Shown one piece after another: positions 10,095 to 19,641 of a DNA stretch of 64,000 nucleotides. The DNA lies in NCBI GenBank assembly GCA_963810275.1, contig CAWENF010000019.1, positions 128,001-192,000 on the forward strand, read 5' to 3'. Below the pieces are notes generated by a model that saw nothing but the letters and a program-made list of their open reading frames with translations, searched no databases and had not been told where the DNA came from. The translations under genes were made by a program, and so were the position numbers. Every line of letters starts with the position of its first letter. Positions within the stretch are counted from its first letter, which is position 1. Origin of the DNA: an uncultured archaeon (GTDB lineage Archaea; Thermoproteota; Bathyarchaeia; Bathyarchaeales; Bathycorpusculaceae).

Positions 10095-10683
10095 TTAAAA
10101 TCTGTGCGTTTAATGCAGGCAGCGACGCCACATCTTCTGCAGCAAAGGGACCATAAGATTTCATGTCTGCACCCATGATGGCGGGGATGGCTTTATTAAA
10201 CCGAAGCGTTAAGCGCTTGTGGGTTACATGAATTACTGGTGGTTTTGTTTCAGTTTTGGGCTTTTCCTCAATTGTGGCTGATACGGTGTGACTGGGTTGA
10301 ACGATGGTCACTGTGATGGGTGTCTCTTTCCCTTCAAAGAGACTTTTGGAAAACTGCTTGTATGCATTGGCAAACCCGACAAAGCTTTGACACATCTTCG
10401 TCTCCTCAGATGCCAACAGCTCTACAGGCACCTTATTCAGCTTCGTAACTATCTTGATGATTTTCCGATATCGCATATCCAAAAGCTCGTACAGCATACG
10501 CTTCACGTTCTTTGCTTCCTTCTCCAGCAAGCTAACTTTAACAGATTTCTTTTCTAAGGCGCTGCGGTCTTCGCTTATGTGCCGCTGGTACTCGGCTATT
10601 CTAACGTAAAAATCCTGAGGTAACCCGCCTAGAGTGGGGTCGTCGATTTCCCGCCGCCAAGCAGCATACAATTCCTCGTACAC
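10057..10683 (-). CDS. GINS subunit Gins51 (Psf1/Sld5-like)
   Basis: Helical A-domain (LPQDFY, MRYRKII) and B-domain AIMGADMKSYGPFAAEDVASLPALNAQILIKQGLA; directly downstream of priS. Confidence 0.88.
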   Translation of the reverse strand: MYEELYAAWRREIDDPTLGGLPQDFYVRIAEYQRHISEDRSALEKKSVKVSLLEKEAKNVKRMLYELLDMRYRKIIKIVTKLNKVPVELLASEETKMCQSFVGFANAYKQFSKSLFEGKETPITVTIVQPSHTVSATIEEKPKTETKPPVIHVTHKRLTLRFNKAIPAIMGADMKSYGPFAAEDVASLPALNAQILIKQGLAVLVDFA

Positions 10684-11913
10684 TTAAGGCGTTACCTCCG
10701 CTCTTTTTTTACAAATAAGCAAAACAGCGGCTGCAACTGGCAACTCAAGGGTTTGGTTCTTGTATGGACCCAACGTTTCCCCACTCATCCTAAACTCTGG
10801 CGCATCAAACACCAACACTCTCACTTTGCCCTTTTTAAAAGCTACTGCTTCACTAAAAGGATCAAAATCTTGCAGTTCCCTTGGCTCAAACTCCACTTTC
10901 TTTAACCCTGTTTTGCCGTGTAGAGTACCGTTCATGCGTATGAGTCGGTGGATGTCAGTGGTTACAACGGTGTCGATTTTGGCTGCCTGCTCCTCTTTAA
11001 TGAGTTCAGCCAGATGTCGCCAGGTTGCTTCGCTGACACCTTTAACGCCTTCCCACCTGCCTTCCTTTAACACTCTTTTTATGATGGTGTCACGGCTTTC
11101 TATCAACGTCTTGTATCTAAGACCAACTTCTTTCAATGTGTCTGGCGTAGCCGAAAGCAGGAACTGTTCCATCCCCAACTTTAAGCGGCGGTTCCATCCG
11201 AAGTTATGTAGATTAAACTTGTTTCCGCCATGCTTACGCTTCGATTTCTCTTCTCGCTTATTTTCCTCAAAAATGCCCAAACCCAAACCTGTAACGTAAT
11301 CCACAATCTCTTTGCGTGCCATCGCATCCAACGAACGCACAGCCTCATTTTCAAGGTGCAGGTGGTAGCCGCGGTGCCCCGAAAAAAAGACCCGAATCTC
11401 AGATTGGGCAAAGCCGAAATCATTTTCCAGCATATCCAAAAGTTTGGCGACTTCATCTCGGGCACTTTTAATGCAGAGGTCGCATGCCCAAATCTTTGTT
11501 TGGAACTTTGTGGCTTCACAGCATGGACAAACTTCTGGGGTGATTCCGCGTCCTTCAAACCCGCATTTGACGCAGCGAAACTCATCATGGATTTTATTAC
11601 AGCTGGTTGGGATGTGGTCAGCGTCTATATCAAAAACTATGTCTGCGCCGCTCCAACCTTTCTTGTCCATGTCAAAGTCGGGGTTCTCATAGTAGGCAAC
11701 GCTGTGATAAACGTCGCTTGGTACAGTATTGGCGAGTACAGTCCGGAACTGCTCGACGGTGTTGAAGCGGCGGTGTCGCACCATAAATTTTTCTTTGAAC
11801 GTTAAGTACCCGAATTCGCGGCGTTCAGGCAGAGGTGAGGAAGGTACTGCGTTGGATGGATCGCGATAGAACTCTCTAAACCTCTGAAAAACAAATTCCC
11901 GAGAATCCACCAT
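10684..11913 (-). CDS. priS: DNA primase catalytic subunit
   Basis: REFGY, DIVFDIDAD, FFSGHRGYHL, IDTVVTTDIHRLIRMNGTLHGKTG. Confidence 0.95.
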   Translation of the reverse strand: MVDSREFVFQRFREFYRDPSNAVPSSPLPERREFGYLTFKEKFMVRHRRFNTVEQFRTVLANTVPSDVYHSVAYYENPDFDMDKKGWSGADIVFDIDADHIPTSCNKIHDEFRCVKCGFEGRGITPEVCPCCEATKFQTKIWACDLCIKSARDEVAKLLDMLENDFGFAQSEIRVFFSGHRGYHLHLENEAVRSLDAMARKEIVDYVTGLGLGIFEENKREEKSKRKHGGNKFNLHNFGWNRRLKLGMEQFLLSATPDTLKEVGLRYKTLIESRDTIIKRVLKEGRWEGVKGVSEATWRHLAELIKEEQAAKIDTVVTTDIHRLIRMNGTLHGKTGLKKVEFEPRELQDFDPFSEAVAFKKGKVRVLVFDAPEFRMSGETLGPYKNQTLELPVAAAVLLICKKRAEVTP

Positions 11914-12033
11914 GCCTTTCGTGCGCTCTCCAGTTGACTGTTATCCACTATTGCATGGTTCAACAATTTAACTATTAACCGACAACAACCCCAAACCCAC
12001 AGATACCCTTTTTGGCTGCAGGACGTTTATCCT

Positions 12034-12786
12034 TTAGAATTTGGCGGATGAGTCCCAGAGGAAATGGAAGTACTCACGGGCAAACCCCACAAGCCCCACG
12101 TGGTTGCTCCAAATCACAAGCGACGGCTTGTCTTCACCCAGAAACAGCATGGCTTCTTTGCCGTCTGCAATGACTCCGCCTCCGAACATGTGGTCGCGAA
12201 TGCGTAGTTCTCCGAGTCCAACGAATTTTTTGAGGAAAATCCAGTCTTCTTTTTTGCCTGCCGCCATCAACTGCACCTTTACCGACTTCTTAAGTCCGCC
12301 GCCAAGCAGGGGTTCGGCAAGGGCGATGACGGGTTTAGCGAATTCAGGCGCTGCCACTACAATTTCAACCGAGGCTTTCTTTAGAATTTCCTCCATCTTG
12401 GTTAGAACCTGCTGTTGTCCCCTAAGGATAAGCATGTCGGGGCGCTCTACCAACTCGCGTTTCTCGTAGAGCGGCTGCAAGGTTTCGGCAACGGTGTTTT
12501 CCCACTGTACATACTTGTCTTCTAAGCGGAGTTTTATGCATCGGGCGGCTTCCAGCGGCGGCACAGGGTAGTATTTGAATGGGCGGCTTTCGCTGCTTTT
12601 TATCCAGCCCTTCTCTTTCAGATAATTTAGGACCTCGTACATTTTGCTGTATGGCACGTTGGCTTGCTGGCTGACTTCCATAGCTGTTAACTGCCCGCAG
12701 TCCAAAAGCACTATGTATGAGTCGATTTCGTAGGCGTTTAGCCCCATTTCTCGTAGCACTGCACGTGTTTCGTCGTTAACAGCCAT
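12034..12786 (-). CDS. TrmB-family transcriptional regulator
   Basis: GLNAYEIDSYIVLL...VPYSKMYEVLNYLKEKGWI...RPFKYYPVPP wHTH followed by a PLD-like C-terminal domain. Confidence 0.88.
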   Translation of the reverse strand: MAVNDETRAVLREMGLNAYEIDSYIVLLDCGQLTAMEVSQQANVPYSKMYEVLNYLKEKGWIKSSESRPFKYYPVPPLEAARCIKLRLEDKYVQWENTVAETLQPLYEKRELVERPDMLILRGQQQVLTKMEEILKKASVEIVVAAPEFAKPVIALAEPLLGGGLKKSVKVQLMAAGKKEDWIFLKKFVGLGELRIRDHMFGGGVIADGKEAMLFLGEDKPSLVIWSNHVGLVGFAREYFHFLWDSSAKF

Positions 12787-12892
12787 AGTTGTCCCCTCAA
12801 TCACCTTAGGAAACGTTTGGAAACCTTATTATCGAGACTTTGCTCTTAAGCACTTCGAAAGAATCGCCTACTGAACAGAAGGCACACACGTA

Positions 12893-14383
12893 ATGAAAGA
12901 TATTAAGACTACTCAAAGTATCTGCCCTGAATGCCTAAAAGCCCTCGATGCAACTATCTACGAGGATGAAGGCAAAGTTTTCATTAAAAAAACTTGTCCC
13001 GAACACGGGGAATACACTGAACTTTACTGGTCAGACTACGACCAATATGTCCGCGCCGAAAACTTCCGCAGCGAAGGAACAGGTGTGGAAAACCCAAGAA
13101 CAGAAAAGAAGCAGGGCTGTCCAGCCGACTGTGGATTGTGCCCAGAACACCACTCCCACACCGCATTAGCAATCATAGATGTCACTAATCGCTGCAACCT
13201 TAAATGCCCCGTCTGTTTTGCCAACGCAAACTACGCCGGCTACGTCTACGAACCAACTATGGAGCAGGTTGTAGGTATGCTTGAGAACCTGCGTGCAACT
13301 AAACCGGTGCCTGCTCAGGCGCTTCAGTTTAGCGGCGGCGAACCAACAATCCGCAAAGAACTTCCCGAAATGGTACGCAAAGCAAAAGAACTCGGTTTTA
13401 ACCACGTGGAAGTCAACACTAACGGGTTACGCATCAGCCAAGATGTGGAGTACTGCAAGGAGTTACGCGATGCTGGCGTTAGCACCATTTACCTTCAGTT
13501 TGACGGCTTAACATCTGACGTTTACAAGTACATCCGCGGTGTCGACTTACTCGACATAAAGATGAAGGCAATCGAGAACCTGCGAGCCGCCGGCTGGAAC
13601 AGCTGCGTACTCGTTGTTACTCTTGTTAAAGGCGTTAACGACGGTCAGCTTGGTGACATCATCCGTTTCGCTGCCAAAAACAGCGACGTCATTCGATGCA
13701 TCAACATTCAACCTGTATCGCTCTGCGGACGCTTACCAGCGGACGAACGCGAAAAAATGCGCATCACTATCCCTGACTTCATGAAAAGATGCGAGGAGCA
13801 AACCGACGGCGTTATCAAAGTCAGCGACTTCTACCCTGTCCCCGTTGTGGTGCCAGTATCAAAAGCAGTTGGCGCTATCAAAGACAAACGCTACGTCGAG
13901 TTCACCGCTCACCCACACTGCGGCATGGCAACCTTCGTGTTTGTTGAAGACGGCAAAATCACGCCCATCACCCACTATGGCAATATCGACAAGTTCGTCG
14001 CTACATTGCAAGGTGTCTACGAGGACGCGTGTAAAGGCAACAAGAGTAAAGCCAAAATCCGTCTTGCTGGGGCAAGTCGCCACATCAAATTTAGCTTCCT
14101 ACGCAAATACGTGCTTAAAGTTTTGCTTAACGGCGACTACAAGTCTCTGGGTGACTTCGCACGTAACGCTGTATTGATTTCGTCTATGCACTTCATGGAT
14201 CCATACAACTTTGACCTTGAACGCGTGTCACGTTGTGTGATACACTACGCTGTGCCAGATGGCAGAATAATTCCTTTCTGCACAATGAACTCAATTCACC
14301 GTGCTTCCGTGGAGAAGAAACTTGGCATCCCCATTAAAGAATGGCAAAATAAACATAAGGTTGAAATAAGCCAGACAATCTAG
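12893..14383 (+). CDS. tes: Tetraether lipid synthase Tes (GDGT-MAS, MJ0619-like radical SAM)
   Basis: N-terminal CPEC...CPEHG, auxiliary CPADCGLCPEH, radical SAM motif RCNLKCPVCF, FSGGEPT, HPHCG and RCVIHY...IIPFC. Confidence 0.85.
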   Translation: MKDIKTTQSICPECLKALDATIYEDEGKVFIKKTCPEHGEYTELYWSDYDQYVRAENFRSEGTGVENPRTEKKQGCPADCGLCPEHHSHTALAIIDVTNRCNLKCPVCFANANYAGYVYEPTMEQVVGMLENLRATKPVPAQALQFSGGEPTIRKELPEMVRKAKELGFNHVEVNTNGLRISQDVEYCKELRDAGVSTIYLQFDGLTSDVYKYIRGVDLLDIKMKAIENLRAAGWNSCVLVVTLVKGVNDGQLGDIIRFAAKNSDVIRCINIQPVSLCGRLPADEREKMRITIPDFMKRCEEQTDGVIKVSDFYPVPVVVPVSKAVGAIKDKRYVEFTAHPHCGMATFVFVEDGKITPITHYGNIDKFVATLQGVYEDACKGNKSKAKIRLAGASRHIKFSFLRKYVLKVLLNGDYKSLGDFARNAVLISSMHFMDPYNFDLERVSRCVIHYAVPDGRIIPFCTMNSIHRASVEKKLGIPIKEWQNKHKVEISQTI

Positions 14384-14417
14384 ATGTGGAATACTAAAAA
14401 ATTGGCAAGGTGAAAAC

Positions 14418-14744
14418 ATGGGTGGAAAAAAGAAGCTTGGCATAAAGCAGATGGAAAAGCAGCAAGGCGACAAAGCAGAAGAGAAATCTAAGAAGAAAGA
14501 TGAAAAGAAAGGTCCGCCGCAGAAGAAAACCACAATTAGCATTCTGCCTCCAGACGCAAAAGACCAACGAGTCGTCGCTGAAGTCAAAAAGATGGGTGTT
14601 CTAACACCATACGCTATTGCGACACGATATGGCATACGCATCAGCGCAGCAAAAGATTTTCTTGAGCAGCTTGAATCCAACGGAGCAATAGATCTCGTCA
14701 GCGCAAGCCATAGCATTAAAATCTACAAGTCAGCAGCAGCCTAA
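14418..14744 (+). CDS. rps25e: 30S ribosomal protein S25e
   Basis: Lys-rich N-terminus and LTPYAIATRYGIRISAAKDFLEQLE wHTH. Confidence 0.9.
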   Translation: MGGKKKLGIKQMEKQQGDKAEEKSKKKDEKKGPPQKKTTISILPPDAKDQRVVAEVKKMGVLTPYAIATRYGIRISAAKDFLEQLESNGAIDLVSASHSIKIYKSAAA

Positions 14745-14800
14745 AAACTGCCTTAACCTATTTTATTAATTGTTCCTATTTACTTTCGGAGCTAACAAGT

Positions 14801-15274
14801 TTGAACTTTCCAGAAAAAGTGTACACGAAAAAAGAAGTTAAAACCGCCCAAGAACTGGTTGATTGTGGCTACAAGCATGACCTCCAGATCAATGGGCAAT
14901 CTGATTTTACTTGGAAAGTTAAAGAAGCTCTTGATCACGTCAAAACCGCGGGCTACTATGATTACTTGCGTACCTACATACGTGCTATAGTAGAAATAGA
15001 TGGTATGACCCAGCTTCGACAGGCGGAAGTCTCGATTTGGGCAAACAAGTTCGCAGTAGATAACCCCATAGACGCCGCTAGCCTCTTCATACAGAAAGCT
15101 TTTAGCATGTCAGAGTACTTACAGGGCAAACTTTACTACGGCGGTACTGCCGAGAAACGCTCTATTAAGAAACGGACTGAGTTTTTAGAGGCACTCAAAG
15201 AGAAGTCTTCAGAAAAAGAAGTGAAAGAAGAGTGCCAGCGACTTCTAACACTTTGGCAAGATAATTCTGCTTAA
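14801..15274 (+). CDS. Hypothetical protein (possible degenerate zincin-like fold)
   Basis: 157-aa ORF co-oriented with rps25e; no recognised catalytic motif. Confidence 0.7.
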   Translation: MNFPEKVYTKKEVKTAQELVDCGYKHDLQINGQSDFTWKVKEALDHVKTAGYYDYLRTYIRAIVEIDGMTQLRQAEVSIWANKFAVDNPIDAASLFIQKAFSMSEYLQGKLYYGGTAEKRSIKKRTEFLEALKEKSSEKEVKEECQRLLTLWQDNSA

Positions 15275-15666
15275 CTGGATGCCAGCACTACTTTGATGAT
15301 TGAGCCACTTTTCACTTGTCTAAACAGGTCTAAGTTGGCGGTTATTTTTCCCAATACACTCACTGGACTGTAAGGCTGTGATTTACCATAAAAAACGCAT
15401 AATGCACTGCCCATAGGCCAAAACGCTATGGTGCCTTCCTCAACAGTTGATTTGCCTTTTTCTTCCCCCATTTTAAGCGGAATTTCAAAGTAGACTTCTT
15501 CCTTGTAGAGTGCAGCTCTGCCTTCTATAGGTAGTTTCCGCACAATAGCATCTATACTTCTAGGCGCCAAAAAACGCGCTAGTTCACCTTCTGCTTCGCC
15601 TAACCCTGCGATAATAAATTTTATTTTAATGCGCGAAACGTTTTCTTCGTTACTCATATACATCAT
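15271..15666 (-). CDS. Cyclophilin-like fold protein (DUF369/TM1367-like)
   Basis: LPIEGRAALYKEEVYFEIP, GTIAFWPMGSALCVFYG, YSPVSVLGKI. Confidence 0.8.
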   Translation of the reverse strand: MMYMSNEENVSRIKIKFIIAGLGEAEGELARFLAPRSIDAIVRKLPIEGRAALYKEEVYFEIPLKMGEEKGKSTVEEGTIAFWPMGSALCVFYGKSQPYSPVSVLGKITANLDLFRQVKSGSIIKVVLASS

Positions 15667-15765
15667 ACCCCTTTTATAGAAAACTCCACAGTAAACAAGT
15701 TATAGAGTATATTATGAAGAGAGCCATTTAACTCTTGCACTATCATACACTGTAGTAGCCAGGAG

Positions 15766-16869
15766 TTAGATAAGGTTCAATGTTATTTTTGCGATTTGAT
15801 CTGCATCTTCTTCGGTTACGCCTGGGTGGATGGGCAGAGAAAACACTTGTTTGGCAGCTTTCTCTGTTTCAGGCAACGCGCAAGCGCCATAATTGTCTCT
15901 GTAAAACGGCATTGTGTGCACCGGGTTGATGTAGTAGGATTCTGCGCCTATGCCTTTAGCTTTGAGGGCCTCGATAAGCTTGTTGCGTTTCTCTTCAGTT
16001 GCTTCAAGGAGGCGGGCGGTGTAGAGATACCAGCTATGCAGTCTGTCTGGGGTTTCGTAGGGTAAAACCAGCTTCTCACAAACTTTAAGCGCTTCAGTCA
16101 GGGTTTGGGCGTTTCGGCGGCGCGCTGCAACAAACACAGGCAGCTTCTTCAATTGCACATTGCCAATAGCTGCTTGCAACTCCGACATGCGGTAATTGGT
16201 GCCCAACATCTCCGAGGCGTACTTGGCTTTTTCTCCGTGCGTGCGAATCATCCGCAGTTTCTCTTCAACTTCATCACTGTCGGTTGTTACTACGCCGCCC
16301 TCGCCTGTCATAATGTTCTTGCTAGCGTAGAGACTCCAGCACGCCACATCCGAGAATTTGCCTGCGGGTTTACACATATATGTTGCTCCGTGTGCTTGAG
16401 CAGCATCCTCAACTAGTCCCAGTCCATGTTTGTTCGCGATTTCACTCAAGGGTTTCATTTCGGCGGAGAACCCATAGAGATCCACGGGCAGTATGGCTTT
16501 GGTTTTGCGTGTGATTACAGCTTCCACAGCTTGGGGTGAGAGGTTGTAAGTTTTAGGGTCAATATCTGCGAAGACTGGTTTGCCACCTGCTAACACGATA
16601 GCTTCGGCGGTTGCCACAAAAGTAAAGCTGGGCAAAATCACTTCGTCATCCCGTCTTACGCCGACTGCCATTATGGCTGCGTGCAAGGCAGCGGTGCCAG
16701 TGTTGACTGCGACAGCATGTTTTGTGCCTGCGAACGCTGCAAAGTTTTTCTCAAACTCAAGCACTTTAGGTCCAGCGCCAAGAGCGTTGGTTATTGGACC
16801 TTTACGCATGACTTCTATAACTGCTTGTACTTCTTCTTCATCCACTTGTGGCTTGTTAATAGGTATCAC
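15766..16869 (-). CDS. DegT/DnrJ/EryC1/StrS nucleotide-sugar aminotransferase
   Basis: AVNTGTAALH, PSFTFVATA, EDAAQAHGA, SLYASKNIMTGEGG, GTNYRMSE. Confidence 0.92.
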   Translation of the reverse strand: MIPINKPQVDEEEVQAVIEVMRKGPITNALGAGPKVLEFEKNFAAFAGTKHAVAVNTGTAALHAAIMAVGVRRDDEVILPSFTFVATAEAIVLAGGKPVFADIDPKTYNLSPQAVEAVITRKTKAILPVDLYGFSAEMKPLSEIANKHGLGLVEDAAQAHGATYMCKPAGKFSDVACWSLYASKNIMTGEGGVVTTDSDEVEEKLRMIRTHGEKAKYASEMLGTNYRMSELQAAIGNVQLKKLPVFVAARRRNAQTLTEALKVCEKLVLPYETPDRLHSWYLYTARLLEATEEKRNKLIEALKAKGIGAESYYINPVHTMPFYRDNYGACALPETEKAAKQVFSLPIHPGVTEEDADQIAKITLNLI

Positions 16870-16928
16870 TATGTTTGCCTCACTTTCAGATTTAGAGGTG
16901 AGCCTCTATATTTTGATTTTCCAGAAAG

Positions 16929-18053
16929 TCACTCAATTGGCATCTGAAGTTGATTCTTGTAGTCTTCTATGACCGTTACGCCGTGGCTTCGAAATTGCGC
17001 GTCGAGGTCGGGATCGCCTGTATCTACCCGTAGGCTGCTTAGGTGGTCAAGTTTGCTTCTGGTGGCAATCACGGTTATGTTGTTTAAGCCGACTTGGCGT
17101 ATGATTTTGTTGCTGATTTGCTGGTTACCCCGCCCGAAAATGACGCCTTGCCCGCCGATGGGTGTCACAATTATTTGTGCTTTTCTGTCCGTTATTTGTT
17201 CAAGAATCTGTTTTTCATTCACGTCTCGGGCAACAATTTTCTTGTCCCGAAATATGTCCACACCTAGCAGTGTCTTCTTTTGGTCTAAGAGGTCGGCGAT
17301 GGTTCGGGTAGTTGTGCCTGGACCCACAACATAAACTGTTTCAGGTTTCATTTCATCTATGACGTAGAGGGCGATGGCTGCTTGGTTCTCTACCTCATCC
17401 ACGTTGGTGGCGCTCTCCACTTTATTGCCCTGAATCAAGTGCGGCTCAAACGGGCTAAGCATGTACCCGTACAACTCAGCGGAGAGATGTCCCCCTCGGA
17501 AGGCTTCCTCGTCAATATCCATTACCTCTGCTTCCCGAAGCGGCAGCCCTTCCCAGAGGTAGCGGATGACAACTCTAGCCGCGGCTTGGGGGCTGATGGC
17601 GAAAAGTGCACTGTGCATTTTGACGCCTGTGGGCACGCCGACTGTGGGTACTTTGAGTTCGACCACTTTTTGGATGTCGCGTGTGGTTCCGTCGCCGCCG
17701 CAGTAAATAAGTAAATCTACCCCTGCTTCAACTATAGCTTGGGCTGCGGTTTTTGTGTCCTCTGGGGCGGTTTCGGGTTTGGCTTCTCCCACGACTTTAA
17801 CATTGTAGCCGAGTTTTTTTGCTTCGGATTCCCCCATGTCGCCTCCCCCCACGATTAATTTAAGGTAGGGTTTTGCGGGCAAAAGCTCAGAGAGGAAGGT
17901 TTCGGCTCTCTGCGCCGCGACGGGTTTAGCTCCCAGCGCTCTGGCTTGTCTAAGGATTGCTGCTCCGTCGGTGCCCTTGAGTCCCACTGCTCCGCCCATG
18001 CCTGCGACGGGGTTGACTATTAAGCCGACGGTTTTGGTTTGCGGTTCCTTCAA
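16929..18053 (-). CDS. ATP-NAD kinase family protein
   Basis: NPVAGMGGAVGLKGTDG, GGDGTTRD, GVKMHSA, TPIGGQGVIFGRGNQQIS, RVDTGD. Confidence 0.88.
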   Translation of the reverse strand: MKEPQTKTVGLIVNPVAGMGGAVGLKGTDGAAILRQARALGAKPVAAQRAETFLSELLPAKPYLKLIVGGGDMGESEAKKLGYNVKVVGEAKPETAPEDTKTAAQAIVEAGVDLLIYCGGDGTTRDIQKVVELKVPTVGVPTGVKMHSALFAISPQAAARVVIRYLWEGLPLREAEVMDIDEEAFRGGHLSAELYGYMLSPFEPHLIQGNKVESATNVDEVENQAAIALYVIDEMKPETVYVVGPGTTTRTIADLLDQKKTLLGVDIFRDKKIVARDVNEKQILEQITDRKAQIIVTPIGGQGVIFGRGNQQISNKIIRQVGLNNITVIATRSKLDHLSSLRVDTGDPDLDAQFRSHGVTVIEDYKNQLQMPIE

Positions 18054-18139
18054 CGTTGGTTAACCTGCAAAGTAATATTGCGTGAGGGTTTAATAAAAAG
18101 TAAAAGTTCCGCTGTTTCATGGTTATTTTAGGAAGGAAA

Positions 18140-18766
18140 TTAGGTGTGGAAATTGCGGTTCAAAGTTTTCAAAGTAAAAGTGGGGGTTGAGGGTTGGCTG
18201 GTTTTGGTGCGTCCTATCCAAACCGCCAGTGCGATTGCTGCGGGAATTGCACAGATTGCTGCTATCCAGATTACGATTGTAACCATGGAGCCTACGACGT
18301 AGTCCACGTTCCACGATGCGATGGCTTGCGTCCAGTTGCCATCAAGGTAGACTTTGATGGCGAATATGATGAACAGTAGCGGTGAGATTACTCTTCCAGC
18401 GTCTCTGCCCTTTGAGCGCTTGCTTTCAAGGTTGTATTGCTGTTTTTCCTGTTCGGGTATGTGTTTCCACCACTGCCAGCCGATGACTCCACCGATAGCT
18501 GCTGGGATACCTATTAGGAGGAGTTCCCAGAAGATGGCGTGCAAGATGAAGATCACAATATCCATCATCGACCACAAGCTTAGCGATGAGGGAACTAAGC
18601 CGACTGCTTGGATGTTTCCTGTGAACCAGACAAAGACGTAGATGGTCCCTGCCGCTACTAGAATAGCGGCTGAAATAAACGCCGCAAAGACCACCCAGTG
18701 GCGGCGCATGAAGAGGCGCCAGCCTGCGTCGGTTGAGATTTGATTTTGTTCGGTCATGGGTTTCAC
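18140..18766 (-). CDS. Hypothetical integral membrane protein (about 4 TM)
   Basis: Several hydrophobic, Trp-rich segments; 3 nt downstream of the DUF996 gene. Confidence 0.7.
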   Translation of the reverse strand: MKPMTEQNQISTDAGWRLFMRRHWVVFAAFISAAILVAAGTIYVFVWFTGNIQAVGLVPSSLSLWSMMDIVIFILHAIFWELLLIGIPAAIGGVIGWQWWKHIPEQEKQQYNLESKRSKGRDAGRVISPLLFIIFAIKVYLDGNWTQAIASWNVDYVVGSMVTIVIWIAAICAIPAAIALAVWIGRTKTSQPSTPTFTLKTLNRNFHT

Positions 18767-18769
18767 TTC

Positions 18770-19426
18770 TTAGACTGTTGGTTGGTCGTTTTGGGTGCCT
18801 ATTTGCTGTTGACCAGCTGGGGGTGATGTGTAGCCGTTGGTTTTCCCCTGATAGGATTGGTATTCGCGGCTCTTCATACTAAAGAAGCCGATAGTTGCGA
18901 ATATCCATGCGATGAATATCAGTAGTAAACCGATGCCACCAAGGATGGTCAGTATTGAGCCAATCCAGAGCAGTGTGCCTGCAGTGTTGAGTGATTGTTC
19001 GCCGGTTTTCTGTGCCAATGTTTCAAAGGTTTTTTTCAGGTTGGATGCTGCGAGCACGTAGAATATGAATGCGACGATTAAGCCCACAATGATTGTAACT
19101 ATGCCTGATACGATGCCTGCAGTTAAGCCCGTGATTGTGACCGCGATTGTGCCCTCAAATAACCCTGTGGTGGCGAAGATGATTAAGCCTGCGCCTGTGG
19201 CAACCGCGGCAGCGATTAAGGCGACCACATAATACTTTAGACCTGTTAAGGAGTTTCGGTAGATGCTTTCATCTTGATAGTAATATGAGAGTTCTTTTGT
19301 TGCTTTAAGGAGTAAGACTATGCCGACTATTGCCAAAACCCATCCTACATATGGGATTAAGCCGAGCAAAAGTAGAACTGCGCCTTCGCCGGCCAATGTT
19401 TTTGCGTAATTGAAGTTTACGTTCAT
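18770..19426 (-). CDS. DUF996-family membrane protein
   Basis: AKTLAGEGAVLLLLG...GIVLLLKATKELSYYYQDESIY...TGEQSLNTAGTLLWIGSILTI...IAWIFATIGFFS. Confidence 0.8.
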   Translation of the reverse strand: MNVNFNYAKTLAGEGAVLLLLGLIPYVGWVLAIVGIVLLLKATKELSYYYQDESIYRNSLTGLKYYVVALIAAAVATGAGLIIFATTGLFEGTIAVTITGLTAGIVSGIVTIIVGLIVAFIFYVLAASNLKKTFETLAQKTGEQSLNTAGTLLWIGSILTILGGIGLLLIFIAWIFATIGFFSMKSREYQSYQGKTNGYTSPPAGQQQIGTQNDQPTV

Positions 19427-19521
19427 TTTATTTTGCCTCCGATTTTTCGATACATCCACTATGGCTAATTTCGGATATAGCCCTAACATTTAGAAGACTG
19501 CCACTATTGTTTAGATGTGCA

Positions 19522-19538
19522 ACTCTAAGGTTTAGAGT
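19522..19538. promoter_or_regulatory. Candidate operator ACTCTAA-GGT-TTAGAGT
   Basis: Perfect 7-bp inverted repeat between divergent genes, just upstream of the TATA-like CTTATTAAG. Confidence 0.4.
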
Positions 19539-19641
19539 CGCCAAAAACCCCTTATTAAGCCGCTTTTAGGTTTGAACTATATGGTTTTTGAGGATTAGCT
19601 TTTTATTTTCTAAAAGGCTATTTAGCTCCAGGGGTTTACTG

